A stretch of 63,587 nucleotides of DNA, the filler included, from Rhabdomonas costata (taxonomy: Eukaryota), in assembly GCA_019059605.1 (NCBI GenBank). It is 34 parts of 34 records of this genome, joined end to end, with 100 filler letters (N's around TTAATTAATTAA, not from the genome) between each part and the next. Parts side by side here need not be neighbours in the genome. Positions count along the whole stretch, not along the records: positions 24,397 to 26,169 come from JAHMHO010009261.1; positions 26,270 to 28,042 come from JAHMHO010009262.1; positions 28,143 to 29,902 come from JAHMHO010009263.1; positions 30,003 to 31,757 come from JAHMHO010009264.1; positions 31,858 to 33,629 come from JAHMHO010009265.1; positions 33,730 to 35,502 come from JAHMHO010009266.1; positions 35,603 to 37,375 come from JAHMHO010009267.1; 27 more parts are not named here. The stretch is one strand, 5' to 3'. This document shows, in pieces, positions 25,694 through 37,475 of the stretch. The first letter of the stretch is position 1. Each line of letters opens with the position of its first letter. The notes under the pieces are model-generated. The model ran no database searches and was not told the origin of the DNA. It worked only from the letters and a program-made list of their open reading frames with translations. A program made the translations under genes and the position numbers.

Positions 25694-26269
25694 CTGAAAG
25701 AGGATGAGTCAGCACATAGAGGAATTTTCAGTGGCATGGGTGCTTTCATGCGTAGCAATCGCTGGGCACAGGTCTGATTGCAACGATTTGGTACACTTTC
25801 ATTTCAAAAGACTATTTCAAAAACTATAACACACAATTTCAGACGACCACACATTTGGACATTGTAAAATCGAGCTTTGTCATATGGAGAGCAACAGAAA
25901 ACTCAATTGATCGGCAGCAAAAAGTGCCTTTAGTTGCCTACGGCGTCGCTTCGCTCCCTGCAAACCGCCTGCAGACCGAATGTAATTGATGGCAACGATG
26001 ACACATCCAATGACAAAGTTGTAGCAGATGATAGTGGTAGTATTGGCAAACATAGCAGTAGTAGGGTACAACAGGATGGTAGGACGCTGTTGTATGGCCA
26101 GTGGGTATGTGGCAGGACCAGGCTATGGTGTGTTGCCATAGTAGTAGTTCTACGCATACACGTGTTGATNNNNNNNNNNNNNNNNNNNNNNNNNNNNNNN
26201 NNNNNNNNNNNNNTTAATTAATTAANNNNNNNNNNNNNNNNNNNNNNNNNNNNNNNNNNNNNNNNNNNN

Positions 26270-27350
26270 TGGTCTTGCCCTTCTGGTAATCGTTGCCTGC
26301 GCTCACCGAGACCACTACAATAACCGAGATAAGAATGGCCGTTCCCTCAATCCACCTGAGAGCAGAAGAACCATCACCTCACGCCACACACTGAAGAGAG
26401 TGAGTGCGAGCTATGAAAGAGGCTCGAGCTCACACTGGCAAAAACCGCTGAAACTGTATTGCTCCAACGCTGCGTTGGGGCTCTGATCAGGAAATGGGAT
26501 AACACAGGCACAGTTAGACTTGCAAGCCCGCTCTCTTCATTTCAGAGCTTTGAGAGCTGTGAGAAAGGAGTGTAGCAGGAGAAGTCGCACGGCGCGCACC
26601 CGGTCTCCCGCTCCACTCGCCCGGACTTGGGGTCTTCCAAGGTCATCCCAAAGACGATTGAGAGGATAGCTGCGGCGATCAGCATCCGTAGCATCAGGTC
26701 CTCGAGAGCCTCCTTGATCAGCTTGAAAAGGGTGACCGGCTCGGGTTCGGGCAGACAGTTCCTGGGAGTTATAATTGGGCTTCCTCTGCGTCCATGAGTT
26801 ATGTCTTTATTTCTGTGACCGGGGCACTTTATAATTTGTATAATCACCAATCGAAAGCAACAAAGCATAAGCATACCCAGACAAGAGTGCATGAGTTAAC
26901 ACTGTGCAGACTTCGGCCTGCTGCACACCAAGAAGGTGGCTTCGGTTCAATAATTTTAACTGTTATTGAATATCTAAAGAAGATGAACTGCGTGAAATCA
27001 CAGGTACAAGGCTTCAACTGTATACAGATATGAATCGTTTCAAATTCTCTGTTGTGAATCGGTTTAAATTGGCAGTTAATTGTCTCTGATGATCTTCAGC
27101 AATAATCCAAATAAACCAATAAAAGAGATCAATGGGGTATGAAGTTTTGGGTGGAAGGAGGGTATGTTTTCCAACAGTTCCAGGGACCAAAAATGCTGTG
27201 GTACAATGTGGAACAAGCGTAGATGCACTCACATAGGCAGACCGGCCATACACCGAGCTGCGGGCTGCCATTTCGGTGGGACCCTCCTCCAGGCTGGTGT
27301 GCAGCGCTCGGGCTATACCCTCGACGCCGCCCATGGAGTTAAAGGCATCC
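26270..27350 (-). CDS. P-type IIB Ca2+-ATPase (PMCA-like), N-terminal region; exons 27350-27243, 26761-26621, 26355-contig end
   Basis: MGGVEGIARALHTSLEEG...VYGR|NCLPEPEPVTLFKLIKEALEDLMLRMLIAAAILSIVFG...SG|WIEGTAILISVIVVVSVSAGNDYQK. Confidence 0.93.
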
Positions 27351-27810
27351 CTTCAACACACCCCGAAACGCCCAGTTGCACCACAAACAGCACACAATAC
27401 AGCACAAACAGCACACAATACAACATCCGAAAAGCAAACAAATCAAAAACACAAAACCAAAGCACCCTCCAGTCACCGGGAGTGGCTGCGTGCATTCAGA
27501 AATCGATTTTTTCGCCTGATGCCGAGGGCACTGCAAGTACAACAGCCACACACGTGGGGGTCCGGGATACGGAAGCATCGAACTGCACTTAACAGTTCTA
27601 CAATTCTTGCTGTTATTGCCTGTTTAGCCGGCCTCAGGAACTTCACCAATCGTCGGGGGCCTCATCGGAAATGGAAGCGGGGCAGGACCACTTACTTTGG
27701 CCAAAACCTCACCCTATTCGCCGAGACATCCGCCACTCCCGGACCGAACGGACTGGATTCGAGACTCTACATTGACCTCAGAGCGAGAGTGACGGGTTGG
27801 GGCTCATATG

Positions 27811-28042
27811 GCCCGCGTCATCTCAAAAGTACGACGTATTGATAAACAGACAAAGAACAGGCCCAAAAGAAGCATAAACTCCTCCAGCTCAAAACAAGTC
27901 TTTCATCACCCCCCCTTTAGCCTCCGAAAGCGCCTGATTTAGAGTGCAATTTATTCCGTTGTGACTTTTTTGACCCGATCACTATATAGTACTCCTGAGA
28001 TGAATTAGTTGGCCGCTTCCCGGCATCGAACTCCACACCCCC
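27811..28042 (-). mobile_element. Dispersed repeat, possibly a tRNA-derived SINE (B-box-like GTTCGA head at the contig end)
   Basis: Body shared with 19187-19310. The minus strand begins gagttcgatgccgggaagcggcca, like a tRNA 3' half. Confidence 0.35.
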
Positions 28043-30002
28043 NNNNNNNNNNNNNNNNNNNNNNNNNNNNNNNNNNNNNNNNNNNNTTAATTAATTAANN
28101 NNNNNNNNNNNNNNNNNNNNNNNNNNNNNNNNNNNNNNNNNNGGGGTGGGGGTTCATTGTGCTGCGGTCTTCCCACCTTTACGTCTTTTCTGCCCTTGAG
28201 TCTTTTTCCTGCTGATCGTCTTCCTTTGGGTAGGAAGCAGTGCCAGGCGAGAATTTGCAGCATACACCGTACTACGCATGCATGCATTGCGTGCATCGCA
28301 GTTACTTTCTTCTTGTGGGGAAATCCCAATGTGCATTATGAAATCGGAATCAATCAGCCTGTCTGATCAGCGCTGGGTGAAAGGGTAACCTGCTGTTATA
28401 CCCCGTTCCTGTGTTTGGCAGCGATGTCCCTGCACCCCTGACCTGAACATGTTCAAACAAAGTGCACCTGTGCATAGGGCGTTGCTCTTTGCGGTGACCC
28501 AAAGTCCCGTCGCCTTCGTTTCGGATGGTTTTTGCTGCTTTTTTATAGCGATTGTCGCAGTTGAAGTAGTTCGGTGGCATCTTCATGTACATTTCGAAAC
28601 TACTCTTTCGAAGGTCCGCTGACGGCGGGGAGCTCAGAATACGGTTTCGGACTAAAGTCGAACATGCAGAAGCTGCGTTTGGCCTGGGAGGGACAGGAGA
28701 TTTGAATCCACTTGAAGACCTTTCTGGTCAATGCCCATGATCAGTCCTTACCCCACACACACACTCCCCGAAAAAGGACTTTGTCGGTGTCTTCGTGTTT
28801 CTTTCCGCGATGGTGATCCACTTCCACACCCGGAAGCCCCAGCTGTTCTACTCCACCGTGCCCACTATAGGTCTTCTTCTTCCCTTCGATTTCGCAAAAA
28901 AGAAAAAATAGCCGCCCCCTCCCCCAGGCGGAGTAGGTGCCCGTTGCATTCGGTTGGCTGCGAGCATTGCTGTTCTGCTGCGGAGTGGTCCTGCAGGAGC
29001 AAAGGCCTCCTTGTCTCCTGCACCTCCCCCCCACACACACACGGCTGCCTCTCTCCTTCCATCCTCCCTCACTTCCTCCTCTATTTTCTTTCGAAGACCA
29101 CACGAACCAACGAATCTGAAACCTTTGGCTCATGAGGATTCTGGCGTAATTTTTTGGTAATTTTTTTGGGAGGGGGGTGAGACTCTACGCGCGAAGAAAG
29201 AAGTGAGGTTCTTCCACGTTTACAATGAAAGCAGTTCACACTTGGTTTGCGGAGAGACTGCGCAAAGAATGGGATGGCTTGGTGTTGGTTGGGATACGGG
29301 TGGGAATCGGTAGGTTACTGCTCTGGGGCGCCGTCCTCCTCGCGGGCCTCCGTGTGGTCCCGAGTGCGGACGTGCATGCACGGCCGTAGCTCTGCGCTGC
29401 TTCTGGCTAGGGCCATCCCCGTCTCGGCGTGTGTCATGCTGGCCCTGCGGTGTGTGTCTGTGTGTGTAGCTCCGCAATCCCCACTAGCAACGCGCGCGCC
29501 ACACACACACAGCAGCGCATCAAGTCAAATTAAGCCCAATATAACAGGTAACAGTTCTGGTGTAAGCAAGGGACCCACAGGGCAGGCTCCAGATAGATCT
29601 GGAAGTAGGCACCACTTTGTGACAGAGGGCTCTCGAGTGTGAGCACCCTGCACCGTATATGGCAATCAACGAGAGTATGCATCAAGCCGGACGGCCATCT
29701 CCAGCCACTGGCATCACCCGAGGACAGAAGACACGGAATCACGCTGAGAAGGAGACATCAGCTCCACCTCAGCGAGCGCGGGGTGCGCTCATTGCACGCT
29801 GGTTAGGTCAGGGGCAGCTTTTTCTTTTCATCCTCGCTCTCCTTCAGATGTCTGTGTCATAAGATTTGTGAAGGAGAGCGAGGATGAAAAGAAAAAACCC
29901 CCNNNNNNNNNNNNNNNNNNNNNNNNNNNNNNNNNNNNNNNNNNNNTTAATTAATTAANNNNNNNNNNNNNNNNNNNNNNNNNNNNNNNNNNNNNNNNNN
30001 NN

Positions 30003-30310
30003 AGTGCGGCACCGCTGGCCAGGCTAGGGCAGATCCCTAGCTTGACCTCGCTGCAACTCGTGTTGTGCCGGAACCGCCTGAGCAACCGCGGGGTGGAGAG
30101 GTTGTGCGCGGAGCTGCAGAACCGTGGTGAAGGGGCGCTGCGGCATCTCTTCGTGGATCTGGAGGAGAACCAGCTCGGGGACAGCTGTGTCGCCGCGCTG
30201 AGCGCGCTGGTGCACCACTCCACCCACCTGGAGACCCTGGAGCTGCACTGCCGCAATGGGAACTGGTTTTCCGCGGCTGCGCTGGAGTCCTTGGCCCTGG
30301 CCGGATTGAA
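30003..30310 (+). CDS. Leucine-rich repeat (RNI-like) protein exon
   Basis: LTSLQLVLCRNRLSNRGVERL...LRHLFVDLEENQLGDSCVAAL...LETLELHCRNG. Confidence 0.85.
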
Positions 30311-30968
30311 GTGAAAAGATTTTGAGGTTTCCGAGCGCTGCCATTTGCCTCGAGGGTTTTCTAGGATGCCGCGGTTGCTATTGGGCACCGTTTGAATACG
30401 AGGGAGACTGGCGAATGAATCATTGCCAGGACTCATGGACTCTGTTTGATGAGGTCTACGGCGGCTGATGGCGCCAATGCTTGGATGTAACATATGAGAA
30501 GTTCCGCGTGGTTTTCGCTGGTGGCTTCAGATTCCCATGGATTGCCTTGGATGTCGCGTTGCTCATGCACCCATATGAAAGCCACCGCTCCTAACGCAGA
30601 TGCACCCCCTGTTCCAAATCTGGACAGGGAGGAAGACATCTAAGGAAGCTTACATGAGTGAATCCATTGCGGCAGTATCGAAATGGTCCACCCGACCTCC
30701 AAGCTTCGCCTTATCGCCTTATCACCAAATACCTTTTCTCCTTCATGATTCAAATCCATGTGTGTGCCTGTTCGCCAAGAAAGTGGTGGTGCAACGGCGC
30801 AGAGGGCACTGCAACTTTTCGTGAGGATATGCTGCCCTTCGATTGGCGCCTTTGCTGCAGTCTTTACTGTTGCCTTTTTTATTCTTTTCCTCGGTCGTCG
30901 ATGAGTTTTTGAGTCTCTGAACGACTTTCTTTCCTGGTTTCGTTCCCCAACTTTTGCTCCCTCTTGGA

Positions 30969-31739
30969 ATGTCGTACAACTACGTTGTAACCGCCCAGAA
31001 GCCCACCGCTGTGGCTCACTGCCTCACCGCGAACTTCACCTCTGCTGCAGACTTGAATCTTATTGTGAGGTGTCTGCGAGTGTGTTTACGATGATGACGG
31101 ACCTCGAAGATGCTCCCGCTAACTTTTCCATCAGGAAGCACCCGAGAGTGCACCCTCTTTTTTTGTGTGGGGTGGCTCATAGCTTCAGCACTTCAGCTCA
31201 CTTCCTCTCTCACAATGGCACGGGTCGCTAAGGCGCGCTAGCGTGGGCTCCGATGACGCTGAGGATGGGGGAGGGGTAACCGTTACCACCGGTGACCGTT
31301 CCCGCTGGCAACAGAAGTTCTTCAGTTTTTTCAACGTGGAAGGAGTTTCGTAATGTGTTCCAGCACACTGGAAGAAAGCCAAGCTGGCATCAAATTTTGG
31401 GAATTGCTGAGAAGCGAACTACTTATGCGGCATGAGACATTGTATGCTGAGCAGAGCACTGACGTTATGTCCAAATTTGTTCGGTGTGAATCTCTCAGGG
31501 AGTCTCCCGAGTCCCGGGTCAAACCCCGCTGAAACCCCATTGGCTGGATATATGTGCACCTTAAACCCAAATCCGAACCTCCAACCAGGCTTTCTAGAAA
31601 TCCGAATTACTGCTTCCTTTCTCCCGCCAGCAAAGTTCTTCGAATTGAGGTGCACACCGTCACTCCGGAGGGTCTGCAGCCCGTGGTGGATGTTCCGCTC
31701 TACGGGCGGGTCATTCTGATGCGAGCGTATCGCGCACAG
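30969..31739 (+). CDS. DDB1: DNA damage-binding protein 1, N-terminus; exons 30969-31069 and 31631-31739 (missed by the ORF track)
   Basis: [61 protein letters not shown]. Confidence 0.95.
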
Positions 31740-31857
31740 GTTCCTCACCCCCCCCACNNNNNNNNNNNNNNNNNNNNNNNNNNNNNNNNNNNNNNNNNNN
31801 NTTAATTAATTAANNNNNNNNNNNNNNNNNNNNNNNNNNNNNNNNNNNNNNNNNNNN

Positions 31858-32292
31858 AAGAAGTACATCGACAATAAGACCCAATAAAGCCATTAAAACT
31901 TATTGCTTCACATTGGTCAGTTGTACGGTTTTTCTTTCCCCTTCGAATCACTGAACCGCAGGTTTGCCAAGGGCTTCTGGTTCAAGTTCAGAGGAAGCAT
32001 CGGCTGTCTCAAGACTCGAGGCTTTATCGCTTGGTGCGCAGGCTCCAGTATGCCGAAGCTGCCAGCAATCCCTGACACGACCGGTGAAGTTTTGCCCTTT
32101 CTGTGGAGCTAAGCAACAATCAGATAAATAAACTACTGTTTTTTCCTGCTCACCAAACTGCTGTGTGAAAAACATCTGTGTGGCAAACCTGCGGTTCAGT
32201 GATTCGAAGGGGAAAGAAAAACCGTACAACTGACCAATGTGAAGCAATGAGTTTTAATGGCTTTATTGGGTCTTATTGTCGATGTACTTCTT
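31858..32292. repeat. Long inverted repeat at a contig start (arms ~31858-31969 and 32181-32292)
   Basis: ~110-bp arms, one visible mismatch. Confidence 0.95.
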
Positions 32293-34695
32293 TTTTTCCT
32301 TTTGGGTTGCTCTTTTTCAAACAATTCGTCTCCGTGCAACAGCGCGGGAAAGCAGCCACTCAACTTAATAACGGGGTGCCCCCATTCCTTGATAGAACGA
32401 ATGATGATAAAACGAAGCCGAACAGGTGGGCATCGAAGCGCCAGCCAAACCAGATCGCCAAAACACATGTGAAAATTACATTTAAAATCAGGACCCCAGG
32501 GGCAGCGGGTAGCTGAGAAGCCGACGGCGGGAAAGTTGCCAAGATAAGTATGGCGCGAGCTAGGCCATGGCCAGGCCAGCCATGTGTAGTATTTCGGCCC
32601 CTTTGCCGACGCGGCTGCCCCGTCCCGTTGGATTGCGAAAAGTCCGAAAGCGAAAATGAGCAAGCCCGTGAAACGGATTAAGAATGGTCAACCGGGTTTG
32701 TGGCGAGGGGGCCGGCTTGCGGCAAAAGAAGGGCTCTTGCCTTCCGGTTCTGTCACGGACACCGCGGGCAACCAGGAATCAGACATGGCCGGTCTTCCGT
32801 CTGACTCAACTGACAAAGTCAGCTGTCAGCAGTTCGTTACATCAGAACAAGGGGGGGGGGGCTCACAACGAGACTGAAGACCCGGGACGCGCAGCCCAGA
32901 ATACAACCTGAGGATTGCTGAAGGCGGATTGCTTCCATCCTCACCCCAAGAAAGGATGCCGAGTATACCAATCACCGCTGCTGAACAGAGAGGAGGGGCT
33001 TACCGCAGAGCTAAAGGGTTCCGCGTCTTGCTGGCAAACCGCCCCCTCCGGGGGAAGTTCACCTGTAATTAGGTACTTGGCTAGATAGTCGTTGGCGCAA
33101 GCGCTGGGGTTGAACAGGATCAGAGTGCCATGGCACTACCCCTTCACCTTCAACTAGCGCGCGTTGGCCAGTTTTGCCTTCCCCACGGAGTTCTCAAACG
33201 GGGTGGCGGGGTCATAGGTGGCGCCGACCACCAGCACAGTTTGGTTGGTCATCCGATCCCAAGGTCCGGTACAGGAGTTCGAGGCCGTTGCTAGTTACTT
33301 GCTATTTTTCTTTTCAAAATGACGTACCCATTATTTTCAGTTTCATTCGAAAAGAATTGTTTCATTCTAACTGGGACACCCGGTAAATGAATGAATACCA
33401 AAATCAGTTGCTCAGGGTAACATTTGCGCCACATCAAACCCTCCAACCGGTCACATTTTTTTAAGCCGTAGATTTTTTTTCGAAAGCTTCACGGAATGGC
33501 GAAGGGTTAGGAGAGCTGAATGGTTCTAGATGGCGCGGTTGTCTAGGGCGGCATGCTATTTTCTGCTGGTGGTTATCATTCCACCCGTTTGACTCTGTTC
33601 AACTTCAAAAGGGAGAGTCTGTTGGATGCNNNNNNNNNNNNNNNNNNNNNNNNNNNNNNNNNNNNNNNNNNNNTTAATTAATTAANNNNNNNNNNNNNNN
33701 NNNNNNNNNNNNNNNNNNNNNNNNNNNNNACCGTTTAGCAGTGCTTAACCAAACACTAAATGCCCGTACCCATCCATATTTAAGAGGCCCTTTTAGAAGA
33801 TTCGACGTGGAGATGTAAACCTGCGTCTAACACGAGGCACGATCTCCATTTCTGAGATGAGCCACTACCTAATTTCAGATGGAGTGGGGAAAAAGAGAGT
33901 TTGGATGTAGAGCTCACCCATCCTTGCCTAAGACCTGAAAGTCGTTCTCACACCCAGGGCACAGTAATAAGAATTATGTGGAGGAAAACAAATTAAAAAC
34001 CAACACATCCAAGGAGACAGAACGCGCAAAAAAAAAAGGGACAGCAGAAAAGACAAAGGCAAAGTACTGCATCGGGGATGTGGGTTTGCATAAAACAAAA
34101 GCTCCATCCAACCAAAAGCTGCGTCGTATTTCAGTCCAGCGGAGTGGTATGGTGTCGAACATTGCAGAAAGAGGTGCACGGCAATAGGAACTCCAGTGTC
34201 TCCACGGTAAACTGGCCATCTGCACATCACCGCTAAGTTCGTCAACACCTGAAACTCGTCGAACCCTACGGTCTTGTGAGGTGGTCTCTACAAAAACACG
34301 AACGTTCAGCCGACCTTTGAAATCATGATGTTATTGGATAGATTTCGTCAGGGCTGAACTTGACATCTGTGGGTGACTTCCGAAAGCCTTAAGTCGCCCC
34401 CCCCCCAAAAAAAAACCGTAGTGTGTCCTCAGGCCCACGCACGAAGCAGAAGTTGGGCAAAAGGTCCCAAACAAATCCGGAGCTTTCTCCCGGATTTACT
34501 CATTGAAACAGTGCAATGGGACACTCAATTCAAAAAACCTCAATTCAAAAGAGAAAGAAAAGGCTCCCAAGAGGAGATCTCAAGGGCTCAGCAGACTCTC
34601 GTTCGGCTGTAGAAATCCTTTCCAATTGAATGCAGGAAGCAAGTTTGGAACAAGCTCCCCGAAATGGACACAACTAAAAAGACAGAATGAACTTC

Positions 34696-35502
34696 TTAAT
34701 CCCAAAAGTCACGAAAGTCTTGACGCTGGGTACTGGAAAGGGACTCCGCCAAGGAACGTGGTAGGGTAGAATCAGACTCCTTCCGGTAGACGTCCTGCTT
34801 GAGGAAATCCGCAGACGCGGCAAGAAATGGTCCGAAAGGGTACACAGCGTTGATGTCTCGGTGGTTGCATCCCTCAAACACAAAGCACTGCTCTCGCAGC
34901 GACTGTGCAACAGTCCCTGTAAACATTTTGTTGGTGACCAGCAGACGCAACAATTTCATAGCTTCCGACGTCTTCGGCTTAATCGCTTTCAAGACGTTCT
35001 CCTCCCGCCTTTTCAAAAGCATGGCTTTGGGGAGCTGCTTCCACTTTGAGTTTGTGGGGGACGAGGAGGAGAAGTGGGTGAGCTTTGCAGGACCGTCCCA
35101 ACTCAGCTTAACATTACCCGCTTGCGTAGATTTCACCTTTGTCATGAGCAAAGTACGACCAAGTTTCGCTACACATTCCAATGCAGGCGCACGAGGGCCA
35201 TTCAGACAAACGGCATGATTCGCATCAAAAAGAATGCGGGGAATCCGAAGTCGAACATAGCCCTGCGCATCACGAACGACCGTCTCGAGGAGTAGATGCT
35301 TCGAGTCAATAAAAGCCGGTAATCCAGGGGGCAGAGGCTCGCGCATCGCCTCATCCACCTCCTTGCTGATGGAGCGAGGCGGTTGGAAAGGCTTCAGGAA
35401 ATCGCCAACCGTTGCCGGACACTGAGCTATGGCGCGCTGCAGCAGATACAACCGAATGTGCAGAAACTGCGCCGTCCAATGCTCAAGATCCTCCCACAAA
35501 CA
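34696..35502 (-). CDS. Intronless ORF (5'-truncated), Crinkler-type REase-fold C-terminal domain-like
   Basis: 267-codon open frame with WEDLEHWTAQFLHIRLYLL...VCLNGPRAPALECV...LLMTKVK...LLVTNK. Family assignment is by motif memory only. Confidence 0.5.
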   Translation of the reverse strand, partial: CLWEDLEHWTAQFLHIRLYLLQRAIAQCPATVGDFLKPFQPPRSISKEVDEAMREPLPPGLPAFIDSKHLLLETVVRDAQGYVRLRIPRILFDANHAVCLNGPRAPALECVAKLGRTLLMTKVKSTQAGNVKLSWDGPAKLTHFSSSSPTNSKWKQLPKAMLLKRREENVLKAIKPKTSEAMKLLRLLVTNKMFTGTVAQSLREQCFVFEGCNHRDINAVYPFGPFLAASADFLKQDVYRKESDSTLPRSLAESLSSTQRQDFRDFWD

Positions 35503-36218
35503 NNNNNNNNNNNNNNNNNNNNNNNNNNNNNNNNNNNNNNNNNNNNTTAATTAATTAANNNNNNNNNNNNNNNNNNNNNNNNNNNNNNNNNNNNNNNNNN
35601 NNGTGTGTGTGTGTCTGTCAGGGTATATCATGATGGAAGAATGCTAGCTAATAAAAACGCGAGAAATCCGGATTTCAGGCAGCAACGTAGCTGGCTGGTT
35701 GGGTGTTGTCATTGTCCTGAGTCCAGATCGAGATGGGCAAACCCAGAATCTGGACGTCAAAAACAATGAAGCGGAGCCCATGAGGAGGTGCACTAGGATA
35801 CCCGAGCAAAAGCAAAACCGTTCGGTTTGTCCACGGCGGAATTTAAAACACAAAAAGTGGAAATATAAAAGACAAATCAGCGGCACGTGGCTGTTGAAAA
35901 ACAGCAGCCCCTCATGCTACACAACACATTGGAAGTGAAACGTCCAAGTATGTGCAATCGATAGGCACCAGCAATAGAGAAAGAAACAGGCATGATTGCT
36001 CACCGCTATCTCCGATACATTGCTCACATGGCTCATCCACTCACAAACACAAACACATCTGTGCGGAGGAAAAAGACCGAAAGAGTAAAAGGCAAGCAGC
36101 ACACACTCAGACCATCGGCACGATATTTCAGAGGAAAGACATTCTAAAGTTTTCCTAAAAGCAGCACAGCAGCAGATCAGATGCACCGATGCAGGCACAC
36201 TCATAAATTCACCAGACA

Positions 36219-36930
36219 TCACCACAACACACCCACACCCACACACCCTTCCATCATGCTCTTCCATGGCAACGGCGTCGTTCCGGCTTCTGCAAGGGGG
36301 CAGAGCTCGTCGCCATCAGAACCACCATCAGGGCTGCTCGGGATGAACAGCGGCCGCAACCTCGTGCGCCCACTGCCACTGCGGGCAGAGGAAGGCGCAT
36401 GACCGAAATCTGGTGGAGAGCCATGGAAGCTCCGCAACGCCTCCAAACGGCCAGAAGGCGAGCTGAGCTCCCTCCCACCACTGCGAGGGCAGCGTGCACT
36501 AGCACTCCGTCGGGAAGAACCTGGCAGCGCCCTCGAAGAGAACATCGGCCGTCGACCACTCAGACCACTCAGGCCGCCGCACTCCGTAAAACTGGATGCA
36601 TCATCCCGGACATCAAAACTCGTCGAACACAGTTCCACAGGGCTAGATGGGGTACTGGTCTCCTCATCTTTGAGGCTCACCACATCCGTCCCAACCGCAG
36701 CCTCCGAAAACTCCTTGAGAACAGCAGAATCTGTGTTGGTGCTGGAAGTGGTGCAGAAGCAGGCTGGGGTACTGGTCTCCTCATCCTTAAGGCAGACCAG
36801 TTCAGTCGCAACCGCAGCCTCCGAAAATTCTTTCGGAATCGCCACTTCCGTATTCGTAGAGGTTGATCCGGCCTTCTCTGAAAATTTCTTCGCAGGGTCA
36901 GCCTGGGTTTCAGTTCTCACGGATTCCATA
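36219..36930 (-). CDS. Low-complexity Ser/Thr/Glu-rich protein with 39-aa tandem repeats
   Basis: KEFSEAAV.T..V.LKDEETSTP repeated; 117-bp DNA period (36649 and 36766) preserves frame. Confidence 0.6.
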
Positions 36931-37141
36931 GCAAAGCAGGCTGGAGTTGTGGTCGCGGCATTGTACGAAAGTTTGGACAGGTAGGTCGCTCTGAAAAGAT
37001 GTGATAAGCGTCGCACATTCTGAACAAGGCAGAAATGAGTGGATTTGGAAATCGGAGAGCGATAAAGACGTTAACAGCACGCTCGATAATGCCAAACCAG
37101 CATCGACCTGTGAGCTTTGGAGACATGGGATGAGACTTCAG

Positions 37142-37372
37142 TTTGGGATACACGGTACTTGAATAGGACGTTCACGCGAACCACAACTAAAACCCACCAA
37201 TCTTTCGAGCTCCTCCGTTTATCGAAAGGAAAGTGGACAAAACAAAATTAAATAACAACAAAAATATTCCGCACGGATACTTTAAAATGGAGGTAAACGG
37301 AGGAGCTCGAAAGATTGGTGGGTTTTAGGTGTGGTTCGCGTGAACGTCCTATTCAAGTACCGTGTACCCAAA
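37142..37372. repeat. Inverted repeat at a contig end (arms ~37142-37221 and 37294-37372)
   Basis: ~80-bp arms with two differences. Confidence 0.95.
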
Positions 37373-37475
37373 ACANNNNNNNNNNNNNNNNNNNNNNNNN
37401 NNNNNNNNNNNNNNNNNNNTTAATTAATTAANNNNNNNNNNNNNNNNNNNNNNNNNNNNNNNNNNNNNNNNNNNN

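Noticed and set aside
30003..31739. Functional linkage among genes in the window (for example a flagellar gene cluster)
   Set aside because: The genes lie on separate contigs ordered by length. Only the LRR-DDB1 adjacency is real, and it is unremarkable.
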